Shown here in pieces: positions 25,850-37,699 of a stretch of DNA of 64,000 nt. This DNA comes from Eledone cirrhosa. Lineage: Eukaryota. The notes beneath the pieces were generated by a model, which searched no databases, had not been told where the DNA came from, and saw only the letters and a program-made list of their open reading frames with translations. Position 1 is the first letter of the stretch, and every line of letters begins with the position of its first letter. The stretch lies in assembly GCA_964016885.1 (NCBI GenBank), contig CAXHJY010000031.1:186001-250000 (forward strand), given 5' to 3'. The translations under genes were made by a program, and so were the position numbers.

Positions 25850-26680
25850 ACTGTCTCTTCTCTTGCTCACACTTCTACAGTGAATGTGTCTTTTTTTCTT
25901 ATCAAACCCGCCAGAACTTGTGTTCGAAATCAATTGTTCACTCGTTTTTTTTGTTTTTTTTTTTCCTTTCTTTTTGTTGCTTCAGCCTTTGTGTCTGTTT
26001 ATATTTTTCTCTCTCTCTCCCCTCTTTTTTATCCCAATAACTTATTTTAGTTATTGTTCGGCCTAGGTTGAGGCATCTTGTCTCTAACGCGAAGAAATGC
26101 CTATGATTCCTAGCAGACAACTGACGATGGATATTGCCCTCTTTTGCCCGTAACTTTTATTTTGATTATATTTCAATGCAACCACACAGCTTGCCATTTT
26201 ATTCACATAGTTTTCTTCTCAGTTGTGACCCATCTCTCTTCTATCCCCTTGTTGCTATGCTCTCTCTCCCCCTTCTCCCTCTTCTGCTAGTCACCTTCTC
26301 TCGGCTAACCTGCCACTTCTAAAGCAGTCTCTTCTCTCACTCACACTGCTACAGTGAAGACATGCATTTTTTTTTCTCGTTAAACCCACCAGAACTTATG
26401 TTCAAAATGAGTTGTTGACTTGATTTTTCCTCTTTTCGTTTCTTCACCCTTCATGTGTGTATCCATTTTTCTCTCTCCCCCTTTTTTTATTCCAATAACT
26501 TATTTTAGTTATTGTTCGCCCTAGGTTGAGGCATCTTGTCTCTAACGCGAAGAAATGCCTATGATTCCTAGCAGACAACTGACGATGGATATTGCCCTCT
26601 TTTGCCCATAACTTTTCTTTTCATTATACTTAAATGCAACCACACAGCTTGCCATTTTATTCATAGTTTCCTTCTCCGCT
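25850..26680. repeat. Diverged direct duplication, period about 459 bp
   Basis: The block caataacttattttagttattgttcg...gcaaccacacagcttgccattttattca starts at about 26036 and again at about 26495. Confidence 0.9.
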
Positions 26681-26955
26681 GAGTTTTGTCCTCTTTTCTA
26701 CTCATCAACAATTTTGTCTTAGCTATGTTCACTCTCAGTCCTCTTAATTCCAACTCTGTTTTCATAGCTAGAATTTATTCTCAAGCTCTTCTACTGATTT
26801 TATCATCAGCATAGATAAGTTTCTGTAAACAGGATGTATTCCTACTTGTATCTGGAATTTGTCACTAAACTCCATTCCTACCCTCACTTTACTGACAGCA
26901 CCTCTGTACAAAGCTTGCAATGTCCTCACAAGCCATTCATCAACACCTACACCGA
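26680..26955 (-). mobile_element. RTE RT fragment
   Basis: GVDEWLVRTLQALYRGAVSKVRV...FQIQVGIH in ORF 26768-27001. Confidence 0.85.
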
Positions 26956-27031
26956 AAAACAACCCAAACCAAACCGTGTGTTCTGTTATTATTTCTTGCA
27001 ATATTTATAACAATATGACTCTCCCCTGTTA

Positions 27032-27062
<31 letters not shown>

Positions 27063-27499
27063 CGTCATACAAATATGTATCGCAGCATTATCAATAAAGG
27101 ACTTTAACATCTGAAAGTATTTCGCATTTTATCATTATATATATATGCACACATACACCGAGAGAGACGACATATATTTATATATGCTAGCTGAAGAACT
27201 GCCCTTTGGGCGTTTTTCTGCTAGTATATATAGACATAAGTTTTTGTAGTGTCCCTTTTCTATCATTTAAAAAGAAACTGAAATGCATTTCAACTAAAAG
27301 AGTGATAGCTGTTTCACATGACTGTAGAATTTCTTTGTAGACACAGTTGCCAGCAAACAGACACCTTTCATTTAATATTTTAATATTTTCTTTTTTGTGA
27401 TAATGCAACATACGTGAGAATTGTGTTTGTAGATAAATGTCTGCCCTTGAAGGTTGTTTCAACTATTTGTGGTCTATCACCATGACGTAGAACTGGAAG

Positions 27500-29580
27500 A
27501 ATTTGGTTTTAGTCACCAGATACCACTAAATGGCTTTTTGCAATCTCGAACATCTTTGAAACTCCTGTCAGGCATTGAAAGATATTCTTATGTCCCATAC
27601 CTCTCTCATCAATGATTAACAGGTCAGCTTGCTGCATAAGTTTACCTGTGTCATCCCTCTTTGTGAAGAAGCAAGTTGATTCAGCAGTCATATTGAGAGG
27701 AATCGTGCACTTGGAATGAAGAGTTCTTCGTTTGTGAAGCAAAGTGGCTGCTATTCCAGATATGGCAGTGGCAAGTGCAATTATTTTTTTACATTGGAGG
27801 TAATCCATTAGAATGCTTATGACCTGTACCTGCACTTGCATTCAAGCAGAAAATTCTGCCCTCATTTTCATTTACAGAGGTAATTAGATAAAAAGAACCA
27901 GTTGCTGAGGATTCAATGTTGGCAGAAGTTGATTTATTTGTTTGCATGGACATGAATTGCTCATGACGTTCATGCATGATATCCTCTGCAAGACAATTCT
28001 TCCATTTCTCCCAGAACTGCAGAGGGTCATTTGGCATGCAGTGCAATAAAATGGTGCAGAAGATCTGTGGCAGCTGAGGACCAACAGACTAAGTTAATCT
28101 TTATATGAAGTTTACCCAGCCTTGTGATGTATGATCATTCTGAGGTAATATAATTCAGATTGATGTCTTCTGAGAATGCGTCCAAGAGATTCACTCATAA
28201 ATTGTTGATCACCATCCAGATGTCCCCTTTTTTTCTTTGCCATTTTTTGTTTGTCTAAGTGAAATATTTAGGAATATCAATATACAATATATCTTGTTCC
28301 AGCGGGTCTCTAATATTCAGTTGAAAATATTCCGCGAACTTAGTCATTGGCTGTCCCTTAGAAAGAACTTTCTTCCTGCTCTTGCTCAAACACGACCATT
28401 TGTTCCCCAGGTAAATGGCAAGGCAACTTTCCAGAATGCTTCACTGGCTGAGATATACCATGCATTGATATAGGTCTCAATTTCATTTCGAGCATGGACA
28501 CAATTTCCTCGATCATTCTTAATAGTGAAAGTGATTTTGTCTGATCCTTTTGTGATGTACTTTAAGTAGTTAACAGCCTTGACACTGTAGACAACCTCAC
28601 AATTGACCATGCTGTCTACCCCTTCTTCTATACTTTGAAAAGGAACTTTTGGCAACAAATGCGGTTTGCCTTGGGATAACTGTTCGAGCATTGTTATTGT
28701 TGTCCTAGCCCTTCCTTTCATGAGCACATCATATTAACTTGTCCACATGGGCCATGAATGTTGCAAGATGGGGATGATCTTCTGTAGAATTGGAATCTCA
28801 CAGTACACTACCTGATCAATGTCATCAGTAGTTTTGTGCTTACTATCTTCAGCCATTATCTGCAGAATATGAGCATGAGTGGGGCCTCGTTTCTGCCACT
28901 CTATTGTAGCAGAACGAGCAACAACTTTTCCTAGGACATTTTCTTTTTCAGTATGTCACCCATGAGGCTGTCATACTTGATGTTGAAGAATCTTGCACAA
29001 ATATCAGGACGGTCTCTAGGTTCTTGACTAGGGTGCAAATTATTTTTTATTTCATACCAGTTAGTTAGTTGTTACCGTGATGAAATAAGACGACTTTACC
29101 ATGTCGAACCACAGACATCGAATTCTGAAAGCACTCACTGTAGAAGCGATTGGGAACCATAGATTGAAGGTGGAAGAACAATTCTCCGGCCTTCATTTAC
29201 TGAATCTCCTTCAGCCTCAGCATCATAGAAACCCTCATACTTTTCAGCTCGCATCACGGTTCGATTGTTACGGCCATTTTGAGGTGACAACATTGTATTT
29301 TTCCCTGGGCATCTACAGCATATTGCTGCATCAGCCACCTGCTCTTCACGACAACATTAGTCACCTTGCCTAACCTGAAACCGATAACCAGTGGGTGTGA
29401 GTGTGGTTGTTGTCAATCCTTTTCAAACCAACCCGAAACCCATCATTCCCACAAGGAAACAGTAGCACAGGACAATATTCACATTTTCAGAGACTGGCAT
29501 TTCAATGACTGCCTTGAAGCTTCTTATATGATAAATGTTACCTATGATCTTAAATGTGGGACTAAACCCTGGCTTTCTCA
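27500..29580 (-). mobile_element. Decayed Helitron RepHel coding region
   Basis: The motifs occur in the expected order, with frameshifts: RIVLPPS, RDRPDICARFF, HUH motif IEWQKRGPTHAH (about 28870-28910), VKAVNYLKYITKGSD, YISASEAFW, and Pif1 motifs ASAGTG / ATAISGIAATLL / LLIIDE. Confidence 0.93.
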
Positions 29581-29707
29581 CACACACCCCCTCTCTCTCT
29601 CCCATACACTGACATAAGATCATATAATTCAGCATTGTGGCTGTCTGTAAAATGTGAAAATAAAGGCAAGGTTTTAACTGACATATAATTAGATGTATGT
29701 ATTTATG

Positions 29708-29810
29708 CCATGTGCGTTAATTTATATACGCACAATAGTCAGTCTCCTGATCTGTTACAAACACAATTCTCAGGGCGAAACAGATTAAATCTCTAATCTG
29801 TCTGGGAGAT
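29708..29810 (+). ncRNA. Hammerhead ribozyme remnant lacking the CUGAnGA core
   Basis: Stem II cctga/tcagg, GAAA 29777-80, a 7-bp stem III cagatta/taatctg, GUC and stem I are present. The upstream ccatgtgcgtta..tatacgcac is shared with the hammerhead at 33964. Confidence 0.6.
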
Positions 29811-30087
29811 GAAATAGTTATTGAAACGATCTGTACATTTTACTCTTTATCCTGTATTTTCCGTATGCTTCAGGTTAAATCTGTCAAACCAACATATATA
29901 TATATATATGCGCTCAACCAACTGTGACGCCTAAACCAATCAGCTTTAGTAATCCAGTGAAACTACACACCGATTGGTCGAAATACAGTTTTCAAGATTT
30001 AGCATTCTGGAGCCACTTTTCACAGTGGCAAAATTTACCCATCTCATTACAGTTGAACATTGCAAACTTGACTGTCACCACACATTA

Positions 30088-30126
30088 TGAACCTGAAGAT
30101 TGCGAAAGCATGAAAGTACTTGTTCA
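30088..30126 (+). ncRNA. Minimal type I hammerhead ribozyme
   Basis: tgaac-CTGAAGA-t-tgc-gaaa-gca-t-GAAA-gtac-TT-gttca: 5-bp stem I, GNRA-capped stem II, palindromic stem III, CUU triplet. Confidence 0.75.
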
Positions 30127-30321
30127 ATTAACACTTAACATTTAATATTCTACCATACTATTTCATTCTAATACTATTATAAATTTTAAAGGATTGTAAA
30201 TAAAACGAGTAAATCAAAGTTGGAATTCCTTTTATTAATATAATCTTCTATACATAATCATACACACCCGTGTATATCTATCTATCATATATATATATAT
30301 ATATATAATGACACACACATA

Positions 30322-30490
30322 TTGTCCTGGGTATGACATTAAACTACATCCAGTGACAAGGCTCCATTTCGGGAATTCATGAGCTGTGGGGAATGTGGAG
30401 TTACTCCTTAGTTGTCATAACTCCCAGGTCTGCTCTGGCCCGGAGCAGTGTTACCTGTTAGGGCCCCATTTATGGGTGAAATAATAAAAG
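30322..30490. mobile_element. Dispersed copy of the 160-bp repeat found in the array unit
   Basis: Aligns to 1619-1780. Confidence 0.8.
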
Positions 30491-30567
30491 AACCATGTAG
30501 TCGATTTAACAGCACTAAGGTTGTCAAGGCTTATGGGCACTCTGAATGTGAGGACAATTCGGACACT

Positions 30568-31656
30568 GAGAAATACTTCCCTGGAACTAAGAAGACCCCC
30601 ACCCCGAAAAGAGGCCCGACCCAGTGGTGCCAAACCAAAAGGTATGCTTTCTCTCTTTCTCTCTTTCTTTCTTTCTCTCTCTCTCTCTCTCTCGCATACA
30701 CTTAATGTTAAAAGAAAAGCAAGCTTTGAAGTGACAAATAATTAGATACATTGATACGACGCGTCGCCCTCATATCATGTATCTGTATGGCTGTCTGTCT
30801 GAACTTTCTAAATAAAACACACCCACACCCAACAAAGAGAACCAAATAGTTAAATTATAGAGTAGCCTAACTTGAGATTTTAAATTTTTCCATTTTTTTT
30901 CATACACAAAAATACAGATCCATAAACATTTATGTGTGTGGATCTATGTATATAGATAGGTAGATGGACAAGGGTGTCCTCACATAGGAGGTTTCCCGGT
31001 TGTTGTAATGATAGACTCCAGTTCTATCCCGAAAAACTTAAAATGAAGCAACTGGCTTATTAATACAATGTGCTGCCAGACCTAGGGTTTGATGTTATGT
31101 TTATGAGTGCAGCACACTAACCATTGAAGCCCCACCATCACATACTGAACCTACATTAGAACACTACCACACACTACAGCACTACCAGACACTATAACAC
31201 CGCCATACTACACTACCACCATCACACTACATCACCAACACCACCATTCTATATATTCAGATATATCATATCTACCCCACCTTTAACCCTGGCCCTTTAT
31301 AACCCCTAAAATCTCTATTTCAGATATATCGTCATTCCTACGTTACCTCTAAATATGTAACTGCTTCACCACGGCCGTTGTTGTCCCTAATGAAGGACTG
31401 GGCTCTGCTACGCAACAGCAATGTACCAGATGGTTTTGAGAAATACTTCCCTGGAGCTAAGGAGACCCTGCCACGAAAAGAGGCCCGACCCAGTGGTGCC
31501 AAACCATAAGGTATGCTTAATCTCTCTCTCTTTTCTAGACACTTCTATAAGGTCATATAATTGAACAGTGTGTCATTTCTAAAATGTGAAAAGAAAGGCA
31601 ATGTTTTCAGTGACATAATTAGATAGCTATAGATACAACGCCGCACACTCATATCA
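30568..31656. repeat. Local direct duplication (about 30568-30777 and about 31438-31656)
   Basis: gagaaatacttccctgga...gaaaagaggcccgacccagtggtgccaaacca.aaggtatgctt occurs twice, and the downstream sequence also matches. Confidence 0.85.
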
Positions 31657-31900
31657 TCTATATATATAAAACTGTGTGTCTCCTCATTTTTGCAAAGTCT
31701 ATACAAATCCACATTTCTACTCTGATTGGCTTCAAACTTGCATTTATATATTCCTTGTGGTCTAAAGATATTAACTGCAGCTTTTATTTTTCAATTTTCT
31801 GTTTTTAAAGAGGTGTTAGGCACCAGTTATCGATCTCCATCGTGCCCTTATAATATGTTTGTATGTCTGGCTGTCTGCATAACGACATTATGATCCATGA
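31657..31900 (+). mobile_element. Helitron-like 5' end
   Basis: Starts A|TCtatatatataaaact and shares cg.gcccttat.atat.t.tgt...ctgtctgcat with the elements at 40765 and 59778. Confidence 0.65.
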
Positions 31901-31964
31901 CGTCAGCAATGACGTTAATCTTCGCCACATTCACACACGCGCATGCGCAGATATGCATATATAT

Positions 31965-32080
31965 ATAGGAACCAGTAAGACCCCGACAGCTGAGCTCAAG
32001 CCGTTTCGACGGCTAATTCTGGACAGAATTAGCCGTCGAAACGGCTTGAGCTCAGCTGTCGGGGTCTTACTGGTTCCTAT
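31965..32080. repeat. Perfect palindrome, 57-bp arms with a 2-bp spacer
   Basis: 31965-32021 is the exact reverse complement of 32024-32080. Confidence 0.97.
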
Positions 32081-32391
32081 TACCCACTCTACTACCTCAA
32101 GTATTGAGTACTTTGGTGCGTTATGGTCCACCTGGTTCCTTACCACATTTCCTTCGTTATATATATATACACATATGTATGTATGTATGTATGTATGTGA
32201 GTTTCAGAAGATCCCGTTAAGGGTGAAAGCAGCGATTCTTTGCTTAAACTTTAATCTGTTATTTTAATAAATATATATATATATATATATGTGAAGTAAT
32301 TCCATCGGAAAAGTCCAGGAAAAAAGAGTGCTCTATGTATGCAACAGAGCTTAATTATTATTATTATGTAATAAACAACATAAGGCAATTA

Positions 32392-32451
32392 TTCCATTTA
32401 CCAGTGGTTTCTTAAAAGCAAAAGGTTTTGCTTTCAATCCTCAGAATGAAA
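32392..32451 (-). ncRNA. Type I hammerhead ribozyme
   Basis: Minus strand: tttcatt-CTGAGGA-ttgaaagcaaaa cc ttttgcttttaa-GAAA-cc act gg-TA-aatggaa. All core nucleotides and three stems are present, with a GUA triplet. Confidence 0.85.
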
Positions 32452-32559
32452 AATCCTGGTTTGTTTATTGAATATGGATTCTAAAAACAAAAATGCAATC
32501 TATATGAAAGTGAGGCTGGAAAAGGGAGAAGGAAAGGAAAAATAAAATAAAACTACACA

Positions 32560-32739
32560 TGCAAACACACACAAAAAAACACAGAAGCATACTAACACAC
32601 ACATACATATATACACATACATATAAATGTACGCATACACACATACACATATATATATATATATATATATGTGTATGTGTAAGAGCGTACACCTACACAC
32701 ACATACACACATATACACACATATACACATACATATAGT

Positions 32740-32780
<41 letters not shown>

Positions 32781-32860
32781 ACACACACACATACACACAC
32801 ACACACATATATATACACATGTACATATCCATATATACATACATATATATATATATATAC

Positions 32861-32901
<41 letters not shown>

Positions 32902-33730
32902 TGTGTGTGTACAAGCATACACATACACACACACATATATATACACACACATATACATACATTCACACAAACATACAACGTACATACATACACATACATG
33001 AATGCACTCCACTACATATTAACACACGCAAATAAATATAAGAAAAAATATATAAATATATATTAACAAAATTTTTGACAGCGATACATGCCCAGCTAAC
33101 AGGACAGACACGCGTGGTAAGTAATACACACATAAGCACATATACATACGTTCGAAATAGTAAACACATACACACACTCTCACACATAAATATACATATA
33201 CAAATACATAAACACGTACATACACATACATACACAAACACGTACACGTATACAATATAAACACACACATGTATATGTAATTATATACACACACACACAC
33301 ATATATATATATATATGTGTATATATATATGTATATATATATATATATATACATACATATATATATATATACATACATAAGAAAATATAAAAATATAAAC
33401 GCACACACATATAAATACGTAAACACACATATACATACATAGCTAAACAATTATACACATGCAAATACGTATATATCAAAAGAACGCACAACCAAATACA
33501 AACACACACACACATATATACACACACACACACCCACACACAAACCCACGCATACATAAAAATAAATAAATACACACGCACACATATACATACATACACA
33601 TACATATACATATATACATATACATATATATATATACACATATATATATAAATATACATATATACACACATACACGTACACATACACACATGCATACACA
33701 TACATACACACATATACATGTGTGTATGTG
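32560..33730. repeat. Compound (CA)n/(TA)n microsatellite
   Basis: Direct reading. Confidence 0.95.
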
Positions 33731-33963
33731 TAAAGCTCAGTATTAGATAAGACAAATGAACCTTACATAAACGTATATTAAGGTGAAAAGAATAGTAACT
33801 ATAGACAATTTAAGAATAAATCAATAAAATAAATACAAACTTGGCTGCTATCTTTAGTGGTGTGAGTTTGTGAGACACGCTAAGTTCAGAAACCATGTGC
33901 GTTATATATACGCACACTATTCAGTTTTTTAATATACTTAGAAATGTCCATGATAATAATTCT

Positions 33964-34043
33964 TCATCCACTGATGAGCAAGAATTGGTATTCCTCTTCA
34001 CAATTAATTTTGCGAAACAGCATTACCAAAGGTGTCTGGGTGA
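33964..34043 (+). ncRNA. Type I hammerhead ribozyme
   Basis: tcatcca-CTGATGA-gcaagaattg...caattaattttgc-GAAA-ca...tg-TC-tgggtga: 7-bp stem I, long stem II closed by G-C, GUC triplet at 34034-34036. Stem III is partly mismatched. Confidence 0.82.
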
Positions 34044-34154
34044 TTGGTACTTACCACAATTCCGGTTTGTATTTCTTTTCTTGATTTATTCTTAAATTGA
34101 GTCTGGCAAACCCTATTGTCTCTAGTTAGTATTCTTTTCACCCCCCCCCCCCCC

Positions 34155-34945
34155 GGTGGTCAAACGGATCGGTCCCACCCGTGACAGCAGTCGTTCGACA
34201 TAGCCCCACAGATAGGCAATGCCCGAGCACTGTACAATGCGTGTGCAATTGTTTCCTCGTCGCACCCGCATCTGGGACAGATCTTTTTCGAGGTGTCTCT
34301 ACCAGGGCGCCCGTGTCTGTAGAGCCTTTCTCGAACGGGCAGAGCCCCTCGGTGGCACTGCCAGGCCAGGGACCTCTGAAAGTTATCCATAGGTCCCGGG
34401 CTGAATGTCCTACCGAACAGGTTGGCCAGTTCGTTTTCCTCCATGCCTAGGGCTTCGCCCAATTTTCTCGGTCTTTGCTTGACCCAGGATTGCAGCTCGG
34501 TGAGCGAGACGAGTCTGGGAAAGGCTCGCCTCACAAACGGGGCCCACACCGGTTGACCGGTGATGAATACCTGGAGGTGCCGTAGCCTTAATGCGTGTTT
34601 ACGCATCACCAGCCACGGCATCTCAGCCCTCCTTTCGAAGGGTGTTGACAGCAGATGGATCTCCTCACCATAGGAGCCCGCTTCTTCCAAAGGAATTGGA
34701 AGAGTGTGCGCTCCATTTTGGAGAGCGTTTCCCTTGGGCAAGGCACGACGGTCAGGCGGTAGTAGATGACGGACGCTATGTGTTCGCCACCTCCGCCCGA
34801 CGACGGCATTAACAACTCCAACTTCTACAGCAGTGGCTCTAGTCATTACATACAGAAGGGAGGAGAGAGGGCACCCTTGTCGGATGGACCGCGCGATTTC
34901 GAACGGCTCCGAGAGGTAGCCGTTCACCTTGACAAGAGCAGAAGT
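34155..34945 (-). mobile_element. L1/Tx1-clade LINE fragment (RT plus zinc-knuckle region)
   Basis: VNGYLSEPF..RSIRQGCPLSSLLY, KGGL, LAWQ..RGALPVRERL and CPRC..EETIAHAL. Confidence 0.85.
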
Positions 34946-36094
34946 GCGTGCCTGCCTGCCTTAAGTCGTCCATGTTGTGGCTCCAGGTGAAGAGTTTGTA
35001 CTTGAGCACAAATATGCGTGCTCATTTGCATGGTGACATGTCTGCAGCATTTGGTCAGAATATTTTAGCACTTTGTGAGGGCAAGGTCCCTGCGGATGAC
35101 AAAGGCGGAATAGCAATCGACTCCCTGTGCAACATTGTGAGCAGCCCTTCTGACCTTTTGGAAGCAGTTTTTTCTAATGTCTCATCTAATTTTAAAAACC
35201 TCGATTAGCTCAGCGAAAGAGCCACCCTTGCTCGGAAAAATACCATGGTTAATTTTATTAACGAGCAGCTGATTGAGAAGATTCCCGGTAAAGAAGACGT
35301 CTTCAAATCTATCGACCTGGCGTCAGACCCCGACGATATCGTTAATTATCCGGTTGAGTTATTAAATTCCCCAGGGCTCCCACCTCTTATTCTTAAGCTT
35401 AGGGTTGGCTGTCCCATTATGCTAATAAGGAACTTGCGTCCACCAAAGCAGTGCAACGGTACTCGCATGGTCGTCAAGTCACTGACGCTGCACTTGATTG
35501 AGGCCACCATTGTAACGGGGTGCTGGAGAGGGGAGAATGTTTTCATTCCAAGGATGAACCTTTGCCCCTCGGCGTCAGATATCCCGTTCGATTTCCGGCG
35601 AGACCATTTTTTTTTTTTTCCAAGTCCATTAACAAGTCACAAGGGCAAACATTGTTGGTGGCGGTCATCCATTTGGGGGAGCCATGCTTCTCCCATGGCC
35701 AACTTTGTTGCCAGTTTCCGCGTATGGAGCAGGAATGGACTTTTTGCTTACACTCCTCAAGGGATGACACGCAATATCGTCTACTATGAAGTGCTATAGA
35801 TGTTTGAGTTATGCCGTCTGGAAAACTGGTTGGGTCACCCATAGCGGACAGATCTGACACGCAGCGGCATCAGGGCCACCATCTTGCAACTTTGTTCTAT
35901 TAAATTCGCTATTGGAAGATTATTAAGCCATCATTGATTGTCCAAAATGCTAATTGGTTTGTAACTATTAATAACCGGTTCAACTGCTTTATGCACTTAA
36001 TTGATAAGATTATGCGCTTTCAAGCTACGTTTACCTGTATGTAACTTTTCATAGCAAATGAACAAACCCGAGTAACGCCGGGCTAAACTGCTAG
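34946..36094 (+). mobile_element. Helitron 3' part: Pif1 helicase C-terminal half and 3' terminus
   Basis: ACLKSS.LW...NMRA and LKLRVGCPIMLIRNL..CNGTR, SINKSQGQT, FSHGQL motifs. A hairpin cccg..cggg is followed by CTAG|T at 36091-36095. Confidence 0.93.
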
Positions 36095-36897
36095 TTATCA
36101 ATAATGTTATATCTCGCAATGGCCATACTCGATAACGAGGGCGCAGTCATTATGTATGGTGTTGTGATTTTTATGTACAGTATATTATTATTAGATGGGT
36201 AACGTGCCTGCAGTAATCGGTAGAGCGTCCTCTCAAAATGTTTGCATTTTGCCCAAAGCAGAAACAATTATTATTGTTGTTTGTAGTATTAGTAGTAGTA
36301 TTCATTCTATTTTGTGTTCCACGTGGTTGATATTTCATCACCACAACACCACCACACCACTACATCACCACGCCACCACACCAACATACACCACCAACAC
36401 ACCACTACACCAACACTGTCGCCACCAGTTGGGCTACGTAGTCAAAGTGAAGGAAATAGAATTGGTGAAAGATAGACATACTGATAGAAAGATATATGTA
36501 TATATAGAGAGAGGAGGGGGGTAGATAGAAAGACACAGTTATAGAGATACAGACAATTACGCGTGTTGTTGTTTCTTTGATTCCGATAATACACATGTGT
36601 ATCTAACAGTGATGATATGTCATATAGATTATTGAGAGGAAATGAATATTTACAAAGAAAAGCTGAAATATAATTTTAAAAAAATTAACGAATATTTATT
36701 TTTTATCTTTTGGAGTCAGTCAACATTTACCGCCATGTTCTTTGTTCTTTGTTAACAATAAAAGAATCTAATTTCTGACATACACCCTACTTCCGATCTT
36801 TAACCGCAGCCATTATATCAGAATGTATCTGTGCGTATGTCAAACTGAGTGCATGTGTATGGGTAGGTGTATATATAAAAATGTGTGTGTGAGTTGG

Positions 36898-37620
36898 TCC
36901 CAGGTTCAATCTGGGGTAACCACAGTAAGGTACTCAATACATAGCAGAGTATAAATATTGAATCTAGAAATGTCTTCTGCAGGAGTAGAACTGTATATTA
37001 TATATATAATTTGTCTGTGGTATATATAGATGAATGTTTGATGCTGAATCTCCCCGAGAATCACGCTCTAAGTGTTTATATTTATCTAAAAACCTTTATG
37101 TCCCAAACACTCTTTTCGGCTGAGTATTTTACAGCCAGTTTTGGAGCATGGCGTTGGATGGCACAACTATGCGAAGTGACCAGTGATATCATTATGAGGA
37201 GGAAGAGGCCAGTTTGCCGCACCGAATCCTTCTCAGAGCGGCACCCCAATTTCGGAGCCGGGCCCTCTCCCCGCGATGGATACTTCTCAATACGAAAGAC
37301 GACCGTGGCAGCCTGGGACTAGATTGCCCCTTTCACAGCGGCAGCACAGTATCGGATGCAAGTACTGTGAATTGGATGGACACTTCTCAATACAAAACGT
37401 GCTAAGGTGTGACTTGACAATGATGAGAAACCGGAACCAGACATTGTGAAGGACTGTTTGAGGGGAGGGATGTATGTATACGGTCATTAAAACACACGCA
37501 CGCTCGTATATAATTCTCCTGAATGAAAGTTATAGTCATGTAGAAGTCATTACTATATTAAATATGTTATGAATTGAGTACCTTACTTACTGTTGTTAGC
37601 TGTGATTGAACCCGGAATAA
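36898..37620. repeat. Inverted fragments of a dispersed repeat flanking about 580 bp of unidentified sequence
   Basis: 36898-36993 is the reverse complement of about 44441-44540. 37572-37620 is a direct copy of the 3' part of that segment. Confidence 0.65.
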
Positions 37621-37699
37621 ACTTTACACGTTTTTGGAAACACCCTGTATATATATCATTTGAGATGTAAATATCACATACTTAAGAGAGATAGATGTT

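Noticed and set aside
26110-26620. CTGACGA motifs in the 459-bp duplication as tandem hammerheads
   Set aside because: GAAA is replaced by gtaa/ataa and no stem I or III can be formed. At most a remote remnant.
32465-33755. Many overlapping Cys/Val/Tyr/His-rich ORFs
   Set aside because: These are translations of CA/TA microsatellite. The same applies to ORFs at 38.8-40.2 kb and 43.5-45.2 kb.
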